Shown: positions 1 through 12,381, counted from the whole stretch's first letter. The stretch: DNA of 63,854 nucleotides, filler included, from Octopus bimaculoides (GCF_001194135.2; 5 parts of 5 records of this genome joined end to end with filler, not necessarily neighbours in it); one strand, 5' to 3'. Numbers and translations: made by a program. The notes: generated from the sequence alone by a model not told the origin.

Positions 1-6
1 AACTAT

Positions 7-270
7 TGTTATATGGACTGTTAGATATGTAATTCGTCTGACGTTCCGTGTGTCATGTGGTTCGTCTGAGTTCATTGTTTCATTGTTGTTGTCTTGTGGG
101 ACTGTCGTAGTAAAATGTCATTGATATATATATGGCGGACATGACTTTTGTTTATTCATAACGAACATTGGGTGAGTGCGTTCTTTGTATGTAATTGAAC
201 AATAAATGTAATAATTAAACTGTATAACTCGTTATGTTATCTCTACGAGTCACCCGAGGGAAACATAACA
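7..270 (+). mobile_element. Solo LTR (264 bp) with 5-bp TSD
   Basis: Termini TGTTAT...ATAACA are perfect inverted repeats. ACTAT flanks both sides (2-6 and 271-275). AATAAA at 201. Confidence 0.75.
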
Positions 271-784
271 ACTATTTTACTGCCAAATTCCCTTCATGCC
301 AGCTTTTCAGTTTGCTGTTGCTGCATATTGCAATGTTAAAGCGATAAGGTGCACCTATTGTAAATAGTGGGAGGAGAGTGTCTGAGAGACAGAGCCAGTG
401 TGTGAGCGAGTACTTGTGCATATGTATGTGTCTTATATATAATACAACAGGAAATTGGAAATTTTTTGGTAGCATATATTCATGATTACATGTGATTCAT
501 TTGCTAATAGGAATTACAAAGATTTACATGTTACATAGACATGTAAAGTATTTCTTATTAGAAATTCTTCAGATGGAGAGATTAAATAATACCATTATTT
601 AATTCAATAATATTATTATTTCATATAATTTAATTTACATGTAATGGTGAATAAATACTACCAAAAACTTTACAATTTCCTTCTTTGTTACACAATATCT
701 CTGCAAATAATGTTTCCATTATTTTCAGTTTTAATATGTATTTTGCACTAACATACTACAACAACTGAAACTACATTTTGGATT

Positions 785-1165
785 GTATCCAAGGTCACCT
801 CCTCCAGTGCCCCTCCCCTTTCAAAGGACCTTTATCTTGCATATTACTTGGTGAACCTGCCAGTACTGGTACCATGTAAAAGGTATCCAGTCCACACTAT
901 AGAGTGGTTGTCATTTGGAAGGATATCCAGCTGTAAATACCATGCCAAAACTCATGTCGCCTGTGCTGGTGCCATGTAAAAAGCATTCAGTCCCCTCTGC
1001 AGAATGGTTGGTGCTAGAAAGGGCATTCATACATAAAAACTATACCAAAACAGACACCGAAGCCTGGTGCAGTCTACTGCCTAACCAACTACTGTCAAAC
1101 CATCTAGCCCATGCCAGTATGAAAAGCGGATGTTAAATTATGATGGTGATAGTGATGGTGATGAA
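785..1165 (+). mobile_element. SINE-D / RTE-tail repeat, decayed
   Basis: Ends CCCATGCCAGTATGAAAAGCGGATGTTAAA plus a (GAT)n-like tail. The same tail occurs at 17585, 18530, 26115 and 28090. Confidence 0.7.
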
Positions 1166-1227
1166 AAAATTGAACAGGTGCAAACCAGGTTTTGGCATCT
1201 GATGACTGATCTGCTTTTATCTTATAT

Positions 1228-1655
1228 AGGTGCTGGCATGGCTTGTGGTAAGAAGTTTGCTTCCTATTCACATAGTTCCATGCCCAGTCCCACTGCATAA
1301 CACTTTGGGCAAGTGCCTTCTACTATAGCCTTGAGCAGACCAAAGCATTATGAGTGGATTTGGTAGATGGAAATTGAAAGAAGCTTGTCTCATTATGTGT
1401 GTGTGTGTGTGTATGTGTGTTTTTGTTGTATGCATATGCCTTTATGTCTGTTTGTCCCCTACTACAGCTTGACAACCATTGCTGGTATGTTTACATCCCC
1501 ATAACTTAGTGGTTCAGCAAAACAGACTAAGAAAAAATAACTGACTTAGAAACAACAGTAGTAAGTACTGGGGTTGATTCAATCGACTGAAATTCTTCAA
1601 GGTGGTGCCCTAGCATGGCCATAGTCTAATGACTGAAACAAGTAAAAGGTAAAAG
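1228..1655 (+). mobile_element. SINE family A (tRNA-like head, internal microsatellite), decayed
   Basis: Head GTGGTAAGAAG..TTCC..CACATAGTT, GGATTTGGTAGATGGAAA core and TGACTGAAACAAGTAAAAG tail, shared with more than 10 copies in the window. Confidence 0.85.
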
Positions 1656-1849
1656 GCAGGCCTGTAGGGTGGTTTGTACCTGTAATTCAAGTAGTAAAGC
1701 CGTGTCACACGGAGTGATGCTCATTTTTACCTGGGAAAAGAGTGGGCATTTCTGTGGAACGCTCTGCCGCTTATATTTCAGTTCAGGTGCCTTGTGATGC
1801 ATTTGATTTAATAACAGAAAGACCTTTGCTGAATGATAGAAATTCACTA

Positions 1850-1867
1850 TGTATGAATGTGTGTGTA

Positions 1868-1911
<44 letters not shown>

Positions 1912-2236
1912 AATGGATGTATGCATGTATGTATATCTGTATGTATGTATGTATGTATGAATGTATGTATGTCTCTATGTGCGTATGTATGTATATATGT
2001 ATGTATGCATGTCTATGTATATCTGTATGTATGTCTGTATGCTTGTATGTATGTATATGTGTATGTATGTCTCTATGTTGGTATGTATTTATGTATGTAT
2101 GTATGTCTCTGTGTCTGTATGTCCGTATGTGTGTATGTATTTATTTATGTATGTCTGTCTGTCTGTATGTATGTATGTATATCTCTCTGTATGTATATAT
2201 ATATGTATATCTCTCTGTATGTATGTATGTATGTAT
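1850..2236. repeat. Compound (GT)n/(TGTA)n microsatellite
   Basis: Direct reading. It explains the Cys/Val/Met/Tyr-rich ORFs. Confidence 0.95.
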
Positions 2237-2662
2237 GATTCCTAAGCAGATACTATATGGGGAACTTGTGAATGGAAGGAGACTCCGGCAGAAACTAAGG
2301 CTGCGATTTAAGGACTGTGTCAAGTCCTCATTAAAGGCCTGTGGTATGCAGGACACTGACTGGGAGAACAATGCCTGTCATCACCACGGATGGAGGAAGC
2401 AGGTTAAGGAGGGGATCGATGCTTTTGAGAGAGCACATATCCAGCATGAAGAACTCGAGTGAGCTGCGCGAAAGCGCATGGCTTGTTTAGTGAATGGGGA
2501 AAGCTTGGTCTGCAATGTTTGCAGTCATGTATGCTTGTCAAGAGCAGGGTGCATTAGCCACCAACGGAGCCGCAAATGCAAAATATAAGTTAGTCCTAGA
2601 GTGCACAATGTTCCTGAAGGTTGGCAATGGTCTTCCTCGGTCACAAGTGGACGGCCATTATC
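2236..2662 (+). mobile_element. RTE-clade LINE 3' fragment (5'-truncated)
   Basis: Translates IPKQILYGELVNGRR..RLRFKDCVKSSLKACG..DWE..WRKQVKEG, then a CNVC..C..RAG..SHQR zinc finger. Inserted in a TGTA microsatellite. Confidence 0.85.
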
Positions 2663-2714
2663 ATGTATGTATCTCTATGTATTTATTTATGTGTATATAT
2701 ATATATATATGTTG

Positions 2715-3020
2715 TGAAGGTGCATGGCTTAGTAGTTAGGGAATTCAGCTTATAATTATGAACTGAAGCAGCTGTGTGTTGTATCCTTGAGCAAGACACT
2801 TAATTTCACTTTGCTCCTGTTTACTCAACTGGCAAAAAAATGAGTTAAGCTGTAATTCAAAAGGGCCAGCCTTGTCACATTCTGTGTCACGCTGAATTTC
2901 CCAGAGAACTACTTTAGGGGTTTGCATTGTCTGTAGAGCACTCAGCCACTTGCACATTAATTTCATGAGCAGGCTGTTCCACTGATTGGATCAACTGAAA
3001 CCCTTGTTGTCCTAATTGGC
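2715..3020 (+). mobile_element. SINE family C, CpG-decayed
   Basis: A-box-like TGGCTTAGTAG and TCCTTGAGCAAGACACTT core. Aligns to copies at 51118, 53480 and 61430. Confidence 0.85.
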
Positions 3021-3070
3021 AGTGTTTCAGTTAATTAATGTAGGTATGTATATATATATATATATATCTA

Positions 3071-3104
<34 letters not shown>

Positions 3105-3418
3105 TGCATGTCTGTCATCATCATCATTTAAGCATTTAGCATTTAAACCAGAGGCCCAAATATTTTACCTGTTTTATATACAAACTAGCCAGATCAGGCC
3201 CCTCACACCTACTCTACAATGTCATTTTAAAATAGATAGTTGTATCGTCAAAGTCTCAAAGCTACAAGATAATGCAGGTTTAATTCAACATAATGTGAAT
3301 AAATAAGCATTACTTTTGACAGAGTAATATGAATGTTAGAGGGTTATCGTCTGCTTTCCATGCTTACATTGGTTGGACAGTTTGACAGAGGGTTCTGACT
3401 TGCTGTTGTTTCTTGCAG

Positions 3419-3463
3419 GCTGAGTAATCAGGTAGATGTTCCCTTGCATGATCATCAGTACAG
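3419..3463 (+). CDS. Candidate 45-nt exon (phase 2-2), LSNQVDVPLHDHQYR
   Basis: Acceptor TTGTTTCTTGCAG and donor CAG|GTGAAC. Only one frame is open. No homology recognised. Confidence 0.25.
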
Positions 3464-3551
3464 GTGAACAACATTGACGATGTGTTATATCACTCTCATT
3501 TCTGTTGCACTCTCTGCCTTCCACACTTATTGATTTTTTTTTTTACTTTAG

Positions 3552-3567
3552 ATATTTCTGCTGCTGA
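3552..3567 (+). CDS. Candidate terminal mini-exon (YFCC*) after an 88-nt intron
   Basis: Strong poly-T tract TTTTTTTTTTTACTTTAG. In frame with 3419-3463 it gives ...HDHQYRYFCC*. Confidence 0.2.
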
Positions 3568-3721
3568 TACCTTATTTTGATGTATTGATTCAATCAGCTG
3601 ACGTTGTTAGCAAGCCAGCTAATAACTCATGAAGAGAATATAGATGATGATCACTCACCTCTTCATGAATATATTACTCAAGTCATACACACATGGGTGT
3701 ATATCTTTATATTTGTGCGCG

Positions 3722-3767
<46 letters not shown>

Positions 3768-4351
3768 TCTGTATGTATGTTTGCATTAGGTATTAATTGG
3801 TTGTTTTCGCCATTGTAACTTAAAGTTTCACACTCCTAAGATATTTGAGAACAGTCAAACAATATACACTGAATAAAACTAAGTCAAATTCTCAAAGGTT
3901 AATTAGTTAATGCTTCAGTTAAATGAAGCTGCTGTAACTTTTGAAACTTCTCAGATAGACAAAGCTTGCAAGTTTGTGATCCATTGAAGTATAGAGTGGC
4001 TTTATTGACAGAGCTTCATGTTACTGGAGATCTTTGATCCCTAAATATTCAGAAGAATTCTGACATGAATATTGTGTTTTCTCTCTGTCTCTTAGCCTAA
4101 ATGAGTACATATGTTGGTAGTAACAACTTTTGAAAGACTTGACAATGAGCTCTATGTAATTCCTTTTGCTATCGTTTCATGGTGCTTATTTGATGATATT
4201 TGATGTATCACTGCTTTGGAAATGCAGAAACCCTTGAGTAGGATGACTGAGAGATTTTAGAAATACAAGTTAGCTATTGAGGAAGAGTTATGAATGTGCA
4301 TGTAATTGTTCCTTGATGATTATATATAAATATAGTCATCAAGGAACAAAA

Positions 4352-4582
4352 GGGGTAACGAGCTGGCAGAATTGTTAGCATGCTAGGTGAAATGTTTAGT
4401 GGTATTTCATCTACCATTACGTTCTGAGTCCAAATTCCACTGAGGTTGACTTTGCTTTCATCTTTTCAGGGTTGATTTAATAAGTACCAGTTATGCACTG
4501 GGGTCAATGTAATCAACTTAATCCCTTTGTCTGTCCTTGTTTGTCCCCTATGTGTTTATCTCCCTGTGGGCAATAAAGAAAT
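4352..4582 (+). mobile_element. SINE family B, CpG-decayed
   Basis: GAGCTGGCAGAATTGTTAGCA head, AAGTACCAGTT core and GTGGGCAATAAAGAAAT tail. Confidence 0.85.
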
Positions 4583-5039
4583 ATATATATATTTATATAG
4601 AAAACAAGCAGGCTTCCCCTATGTTACAAAGACTTTGTTTTCCTCAAAGTATTTTCTTCATATAGAATTCTATAATGCGAAGTTTCTTTTCTAATGACTT
4701 TCATGTCATATGAAAGCCAATGAGCATTGAAATCTGCTGGAAATATGCTTTGCATTATGGAATTCTACATTATGGTAAGATTTCCATACATGCACTGTAT
4801 GTGAGGGATGTGCATGTGTATGTGTGTGTGTGTGTCTTTATATCTCCTAATATAATAATGAACATAGTGTTTTTATATATTTGTATATATATATATTTGT
4901 CCAAAATCACACAGGAAGTAGAAGGGAGAGGAGAGAAAATAGTAATTCAGTGAAGAAGTAGTGAGAGTAATAGCCCTGACTAAGAGGGAGTGAGAGAAAG
5001 TAATAACAATGAGAGAGAGGAAGTGGCAAAGAGTGCATA

Positions 5040-5183
5040 GTGTATCTTCTGTTTTTCTCCATCACAACATATGAATGAGAACGGAAGGCGTGATAGATGA
5101 ATAACAAAACAAGGGGTGAAAAAAAATCAGTGTTTCAACTCTGTGTGAGTCTATGTGTGTGTATGGAAAAGGAGGTATGTAAA

Positions 5184-5236
<53 letters not shown>

Positions 5237-5720
5237 AATGGAAATGGGCTGGTGAATGTTCAATGCTGAAAAGAAAAATCAAACAGCATTTCAACTCTGT
5301 GTGAGTATATGTGTGTATGTGTGTGTGTGTACAAGGGAAGTACGTGAATGTATGTGAACATTGACAAGTGTATTAATTTGATTTACCATCCTTATCTTCT
5401 ACTATAATAATACTCGTGTGTATTTCTGTGTCACAACATATGAGAAAGGAAGGGGTGATAGATGAATAAGGAAGGAAGGGGTGATGGAAAACTTGGTAGT
5501 GAGATGACAGAAGTCCTATGGTGAAAAAAAACATCAAACAGCATTTCAACTCTGCGTGAGTATATATGTATGTATATAGAAAGGAGTCATGTAAATATTT
5601 GTGTGTGTGTACTGTGGAAGTGGGATGATGAACATTCAATGCTGAAAAGAAAAATCAAACAGCATTTCAACTCTGTATGAGTATATGTGTGTATGCATGT
5701 ACAAGGGAAGTATGTGAATG
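5040..5720. repeat. Tandem duplication (about 390-bp period) with an internal sub-duplication
   Basis: CACAACATATGA..GTGATAGATGAATAA occurs at about 5062 and 5432. (AAACAG)CATTTCAACTCTG.GTGAGT-like motif occurs 4 times (about 5130, 5280, 5537, 5657). Confidence 0.75.
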
Positions 5721-6157
5721 TTTGTATCTGAGATTATTATGTACCTTATTTTGTACCTTATTTATATATAAAATAATACAATTAGCCATAATTTTTGATG
5801 GCACAGGGTCAGCTTGTATCTGTGTATATCCTCAGTGGATCATATATCTGAAAAAGAAGCATACTTCAAAGGATAGAGCAGTAATGTATTTACATGAAGT
5901 TATGTATTTGTCAAGTGATCAATGTTTTTGCAGCCATAAGACGCTTAGCTTTATAGACAACTTATCAGACTCTAATGACTGAAGGCATATAACCTCGCTT
6001 GAAACAGGAGTTAGAAAACCATTGTGTATAAAATGTACAAACACACACACACACACACACACACACATTATATAGTCGGTTCATCAGACATGACAACACC
6101 ACTACAGTGTGTGCCGCCTGGGACACTAGTTGATTTCGTCGACTCCAGTGTTTCACT

Positions 6158-6290
6158 GATACTTAATTTATCGACCCCAAAAAGATAAAAGCCAACGTTG
6201 ACCTTGCTGGAATTTGAAATCAGAATGTAAAGACGGACGAAATACTGCCAAGTATTTTGCCTGGTGTGCAACAGATCTGCCAGTTTTAGT
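6158..6290 (-). mobile_element. SINE family B fragment
   Basis: Reverse complement of the family B head and core. Confidence 0.75.
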
Positions 6291-6291
6291 G

Positions 6292-6322
<31 letters not shown>

Positions 6323-6349
6323 TGGACTTTCTTGCCGAAGATGACATAT

Positions 6350-6610
6350 GAGTGTTTGTCAAATGACTTGCACAAATGATTTGTTTATACTGATCAAATG
6401 TCTGCGCTGCACATTAGGTCACTCTCTCCATAAAATCAATGTTGTTTGAACAGGTGCATAGTGTACTATGTATCAGGTGTTGAAATGACCGCAGAGCAAC
6501 ATAAGATGAAGTGTTTTGCTCAAGAACACAATGCACTACCTGGTATAGGATTTGAAATCATGATCGCTAGATCATGAATGTGACACCCTAACCTCTAAAC
6601 CATGTGCCAT
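6350..6610 (-). mobile_element. SINE family F
   Basis: TTTGCTCAAGAACACAA core with a tRNA-like head on the minus strand. Second copy at 26885-27115. Confidence 0.65.
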
Positions 6611-6649
6611 CGCTATAATAATAGTAATAATAATAATTCTTTCTACAAT

Positions 6650-6852
6650 AGGCCCAAGGCCTGGAGTTTGTGAGGAGGATGATAGTTGATCACATTGACC
6701 CCAGTACATGACTGGTATTTAATTTATTGCCCTTGAAAGGATGAAAGGCAAAGTTAACCCTAATGGAATTTGAACCCAGAATGTAAAGATGGATGAAATG
6801 CCATTAAAAACTTCACCCAGCATGCTAATGATTCTGTCAGCTCACTGCCTTT
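6650..6852 (-). mobile_element. SINE family B, decayed
   Basis: GGATGAAAGGCAAAGTT..GGAATTTGAACCCAGAA matches the family B reverse complement. Confidence 0.8.
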
Positions 6853-7118
6853 ATATATAATAATAATGATAATATGATAATAATAATAGTAATAATTTCT
6901 AATATTGGTACAAAACCTCATGTTCAAGGAAGGAGCACGATTGTTCATATTGACTCCATTAATTGACTGGCACTTAAATTTATTAATACTGTAAAGATGA
7001 ATGGCATGTGGTAATAATGTGTTAACATAACATTTTAATGATGTGTTATCAAAACATTTTCCTTATGTGTTTCCATTATAATTTTGATAGACTCCATGGT
7101 GTTTTGTTTTCATTATAG

Positions 7119-7236
7119 CCCTTTCCTCGTCGAGATTTCACAAAAGAAGATGCTACAAAAAGCCTATTGGAACTCGGTCTTTGTCCATCAGTAGCGCTTG
7201 TGTTGAAGAAAACAGATGGCTCTCAGCAAGCATTTG
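7119..7236 (+). CDS. Internal exon of a UBX-domain protein (p97/VCP cofactor family), C-terminal half of the UBX domain
   Basis: Acceptor GTTTTGTTTTCATTATAG and donor G|GTAAGC; 118 nt, phase 0 to 1. Translation PFPRRDFTKEDATKSLLELGLCPSVALVLKKTDGSQQAF has the UBX FPR loop and the L.ELGL.PS..L.L strand. The specific UBXN paralogue cannot be assigned. Confidence 0.85.
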
Positions 7237-7527
7237 GTAAGCAATCTCAGAAAAACCTTCCACCTTGCACTGATTACGTTTGTAATGCTACTACTGAATA
7301 ATTTATTGAGTGAATAAATGTTAAAGTTACATCATCTTTCTGGTTCAGAATTTATTTATAGATAAGTCAGTAAATTCTTCTCTATTCTTAAGTGTGTACT
7401 GATGTTTTATACTGATTAATTCACCAGTTTTTCGTATGGCACGGTTGTAAAATGTGTTACTTGCTATGGATAATAACGATGGTGATAAATATAATGATTA
7501 TTATTATGATGAGTAGTATGAAATATG

Positions 7528-7748
7528 TATGATGGGGTGCTGAAAAGTTCCTGGCTTTGGGTAAATGTAAATGCAGGAGGATCAGTTAATTATGATTTTA
7601 TTGAACATATTCCCCTCTCAGATTTATTCAATTATTGCAACGGTCCTTCAGTTTTTCTAAGCCCTGTAAAAAAACTTGGCATGTCGAGCCTCCAACCAAG
7701 CCATTTGCAATACCCTTAAAACCAGGAACTTTTCAGCACCCCCTTGTA
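7528..7748. mobile_element. Mariner-type MITE, plus a second partial right end at about 7800-7922
   Basis: TIRs GGGGTGCTGAAAAGTTCCTGG / CCAGGAACTTTTCAGCACCCC, flanked by TA. Confidence 0.85.
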
Positions 7749-7996
7749 CATATGTATGTACGTACATACATGCATACATACATAGTGTAGGTATGTAGGG
7801 TAAAATCCCAGTTGTTTCCTTCAGTTTTTCTAAGCTCTATAAAAGAACTCAGAAGGCTGGGCCTCCAACCAGGCCTTTCGTGAGACCCTCAAAGCCAGGA
7901 ACTTTTCAGTACCCCCTCATATATTGTACAGCTATTGCTCTGTTTACCAATCTTAGTTCTTGTCTTCTATATATTTTGTATTCTTTTGTCATTTAT

Positions 7997-9470
7997 ATTT
8001 CACTTGTTTCAGTCATTAGACTGTGGCCATGCTGGGGCACTGTCTAGAAGAATTTCCAGTCTAATGTAGTGATACGGACTGCCGAAAAACAAAATAACGT
8101 TATGTCCCTATTCCCCGAGCTGGGTTTGAAACCGTTTCTAGTTGGCCAGGGCATTGGTATTTCCTTTGTCCTGTCAACTAGCACAGTTATTTTTAGCGTA
8201 GGAGTGTGATCGCTGACCCTTTCCAGTCATCGAAAGTTTAGAAAAACAAGTTAGGAGCTGTACTAAACTGACCCAGCTTTGGAGGGGGTAAAGTAGTACT
8301 GTTGGGTATGGTATCTGTCATAAATACTAGAGCATAGATTTGGGAATCGCAGTTGGTGTACAGCAGTTAGCGTAAACAAAGTCATTGGATGAAGAACGCA
8401 AGCCGGCGTGAAGGCCAGCAGCCAGTGGAGAAGCAAGATGAACAGAGAGGCTGACAGAAAGAGACGGAGAGAAAAAGGTTATTGACAGAAGGCACCAATG
8501 GTCGAAATGAATAGAGTCAACGAGAGAGAAGAGACTGTTGTGGCAGGCAAAAGTGAGTGGCAAAAGATTGTAGTAGACTACGTTGGTCAGTGCTTATCAT
8601 TGTAGTGGGAGATTTGAATTGGTTACGGTAAAGGTTTGTGTATATATTTTTAAAGAAAAATGTACTTTGTTGTTACATGTTTTAAAAGAAGAAGAACTTT
8701 GTTAACTCTTGTTAATTGTGATGTTTACTGGTTGAAAAGAAAGAAAAGAAAGGACTTTTGTTAACTGTGTTAACAGAGAGGAAAAGAAAAGAAAAACAAA
8801 AGAAACAAAAAGAACTTTTAATTGACTTTTGAGACACGAACTTTGATTGTAAACTTTATGATTATGTGAAATGATCGTAGACTTCGTAATTGTTCTGAAA
8901 CTTTGTTAAATGTTTGGAAACGCTATTGTTACATGTGTTATTTCAGAATTATTGTTATGCAATGTTGTTTTGTATTGTGATGTAAAAAAAAAAAAGTTAG
9001 TTTCACTACGCAACGTATGGTCTGTGTTATTTCTTCCTTGCCTGTTGTCGTCGTTACGTGCTCCGGCCGGGCTTAGTCATGGCGAACATCCTGACTCACT
9101 GAGCGTCGACGTTTGCGCGTGCGAGTTTTCTCTTCGTTGAGGTGCTCCGCGCGGGCGTTCGTAACAGTATCAGTCCCAATACTTATTTTTCCTTAAGCCT
9201 CATGCTTATTCTCTTGGTCTCTTTTGATGAGCCTCTAAGTTACAAGGACATAAACACACCAACACTAGTTATCAAATGGTGGTGGGGTACAAACAGACAT
9301 TAAAATGCACATGACTGGCTTTTTTTAGTTTCTATCTACCAAATAATCCACTCACAGGGCTTTGGTTGGATGAAGGCTATAGTAGAAGACACTTACACAA
9401 GGTGCCATACAGCGGGACTGAACCTGAAACCATGTGGTTGGATAGTAAGGTTCTTACCACATAGCTACAC
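7997..9470 (-). mobile_element. SINE family A interrupted by a solo LTR
   Basis: The two halves (7997-8069 and 9167-9470) are collinear with intact family A copies. Confidence 0.8.
8070..9166 (+). mobile_element. Solo LTR (about 1.1 kb), probably Gypsy-type
   Basis: Termini TGATACG...CGTAACA (one mismatch from a perfect inverted repeat). 4-bp flanks GTAG/GTAT. It splits a SINE, and its 3' end is CpG-rich. Confidence 0.7.
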
Positions 9471-9914
9471 CCATTTACTTTCTGCTTTTTTTTTTTTAGT
9501 AGTAATAAGACATAAAGCTGTATAATATTGGTTAATGATGGTGTATATGTAACTATGCTTACATTTCTAATTTGTATGTAATGTAGTGCTCTTATATTAT
9601 TGTAGAAGTATTGTGAAGTGAAACATAGAAATCATACCAGGACTCATAGCACTACACACTACCCCAAAAAATAGCTTTGTCAAGGACAACCCATTTTTTG
9701 CAAAGGCACTGTAATTTCTATAGAATAGCTCATGTTTCAATAGAGTATCTTAAATAGAACAATCTTCACTCATAACACTAATATTCTAAGACAAAAGAAC
9801 TTGTGGAAATTTTGCAACATATAATGTACAAAATTGAGACCCAATGAAATAACAAAACTCTTATAGTACACACCACATGTAACAGAACATGCACTTATAT
9901 AACAAGAAATATAG

Positions 9915-10140
9915 GGTGTGTGAGCTGGCAGGATCATTATCACACCTGGTGAAATGTTTGGTGGCATTACATCTGTTTTTACGTTCTCAATTCAAATTCT
10001 GCTGGAGTTGGCTTTGTCTTTCATCCTTTCGAGGTTGATAAATCATAAGTACCAGTTAAGCACTGAAGTTGATGTAATTGATTTACCCCAACCTCCCCTG
10101 AAATTGCTGGCCTTGTGCAAAAATTTGAAACCAGTATAAC
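9915..10140 (+). mobile_element. SINE family B, decayed
   Basis: GAGCTGGCAGGATCATT head; AAGTACCAGTTAAGCACTG core. Confidence 0.75.
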
Positions 10141-10644
10141 AAGAAACAAGAAATTAAATTCTATAACTAGACAATCTGGTGTAGTACACCAGTAGAAGGA
10201 CGCTACAGTCCTCCAATCCTCACAAAAATAAGAACACAATGCCACACATCTCAGGAACATGAAAAAGTGCACCAGGTGGTACAGTAGAAATTTGCATGAA
10301 ACTACCAAAGAAAATCTCATAATAATAATAATAATGTGTTAGTATATCCCAGAGTAAGATCACTTTGCTATTCTCTGAGACCTTTGATGATGATGATGAT
10401 GATATGCACTTTCATATTATTAAACTGTGATTTCTCCCACTTCTTCTACCTAGTCTCAGAGGTTCTGCAAAGGTTGTAGGTGCTGTTATTCACCCTCTGA
10501 TTAAACCTTAAAGTAAAAGTTGTTAAGGAATTAATGAGTTTGTAAATTAAGACAAGACTTTTCAAGTATGCACACTCTTTCCTGGGTAAGCAATAGAAAC
10601 TGAATGATATGAAGGTTGTGCTGGTATTCATCTGTCTTGTATCT

Positions 10645-10858
10645 TTTGCTTGTTTCAGTCATTTGACTGCCATGCTGGGCACTACCTTGAAGAATTTTAG
10701 TTGAGCTAATTGACACCAGTACTTATTTTTATTGCAAAGCCTTGTACTGATTCCATTGGTCTCTTTTGCCGAGCCACTAAGTTATGGGAACATAAGCACA
10801 CCAACACCTGTTGTCAAGCTGTTGTTGGGGACAAACACAGACACAAAGACACACCATG

Positions 10859-10930
<72 letters not shown>

Positions 10931-11090
10931 TTTATATACAGCAGGCTTCTTTCAGTTTCTGTCTGCCAAACCCACTCAGGGTTTTAGTCAGCATGAGGTT
11001 ATAGTAGAAGACACTTGCCCAAGGTGCTATGCAGTGGGACTGAACCTGGAACTATGTGGTTGGGAAGCAAGCGTCTTATCACACAGTCTC
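10645..11090 (-). mobile_element. SINE family A
   Basis: CTTGTTTCAGTCATTTGACT through GGGACTGAACC, with an internal (CA)n. Confidence 0.85.
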
Positions 11091-11517
11091 TTTTGATACT
11101 AGCCTTCTCTGATTCTAAGACACAGATTTCCTGTTTTGATGTGGTCTAAATTAAAACCTTTCATCAAATTACTGGGTGGCAGTGGTAAGCAATAAGGTGT
11201 ATAAATACTCCTGGTCATTTTGGCCCACATGGTTCCTCCAAGGGTGCTCTTTACCAAGTGTCTGAGGCTGCCAGTATGTTCACTGTGAAAAAATTAGTGT
11301 GCTCAGAGCAGACCTCGCCAGCTTGCATACAAAAAACATGGAATGATGGAAAATATGTTTGGTGCAGTGAATGGCTTTCTCATGGGTTCAAATATGCCCC
11401 AAGCATATTTGAACTCGCAATAACATTGCTTTCGTCAAAATTTCATGTTAATTTTTGGTCTAAATACCAGTTTACTAATGACAGAGTTATTTTGCTAAAT
11501 TCTCTAGTATACTCTTT

Positions 11518-11724
11518 TACTCTTTTACTTGTTTCAGTCATTTGACTGGCCATGCTGGAGCACCGCCTTTAGTTGAGCAAATCGACCCCAGGACTTATTC
11601 TTTGGAAGCCTAGTACTTATTCTGTTGGTCTCTTTTACCGAACCGCTAAGTTACGGGGACCTAAACACACCACCATCGGTTGTCAAGCGATGTTGGGGGG
11701 ACAAACACAGACACACAAACATAT

Positions 11725-11771
<47 letters not shown>

Positions 11772-11996
11772 NNNNNNNNNNNNNNNNNNNNNNNNNNNNN
11801 NNNNNNNNNNNNNNNNNNNNNNNNNNNNNNNNNNNNNNNNNNNNNNNNNNNNNNNNNNNNNNNNNNNNNNNNNNNNNNNNNNNNNNNNNNNNNNNNNNNN
11901 NNNNNNNNNNNNNNNNNNNNNNNNNNNNNNNNNNNNNNNNNNNNNNNNNNNNNNNNNNNNNNNNNNNNNNNNNNNNNNNNNNNNNNNNNNNNNNNN

Positions 11997-12027
<31 letters not shown>

Positions 12028-12190
12028 CGACGGGCTTCTTTCAGTTTCTGTCTACCAAATCCACTCACAAGGCTTTGGTCGGCCTGAGGCTATAGTAGAA
12101 GACGCTTACCCAAGGTGCCACGCAGTGGGAATGAACCTGGAACCATGTGGTTGGTAAGCAAGCTACTTACCACACACCCACTCTTGTACC
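11518..12190 (-). mobile_element. SINE family A (relatively young; N-gap in its microsatellite)
   Basis: Near-consensus, many CpGs retained. Confidence 0.85.
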
Positions 12191-12307
12191 TATTGAAATA
12201 AAGGCAGTATATTTCAACAAGAATATGGTAACTAAAGGATTAATGCAAATTGTATACCTATGAATTTGTAAAATAATTTTTAAAAATCATTATTTTTCTC
12301 TGCACAG

Positions 12308-12381
12308 GTGTGTTCCCACAAATTCTTATGCATTTGCAATGCATGTCCAATATTGAAAAAGTTTTCCTATACCCGATTTAG
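12308..12381 (+). CDS. Candidate alternative terminal exon of the UBX gene (GVFPQILMHLQCMSNIEKVFLYPI*)
   Basis: Acceptor TTATTTTTCTCTGCACAG. Phase 1 is compatible with exon 7119-7236. AATAAA at 12443. Confidence 0.3.

Noticed and set aside
1721-1860. Open frame GISVERSAAYISVQVPCDAFDLITERP that looks like the N-terminal half of a UBX domain
   Set aside because: The DNA aligns to a decayed SINE-C body and has no convincing phase-0 donor, so the similarity is probably coincidence.
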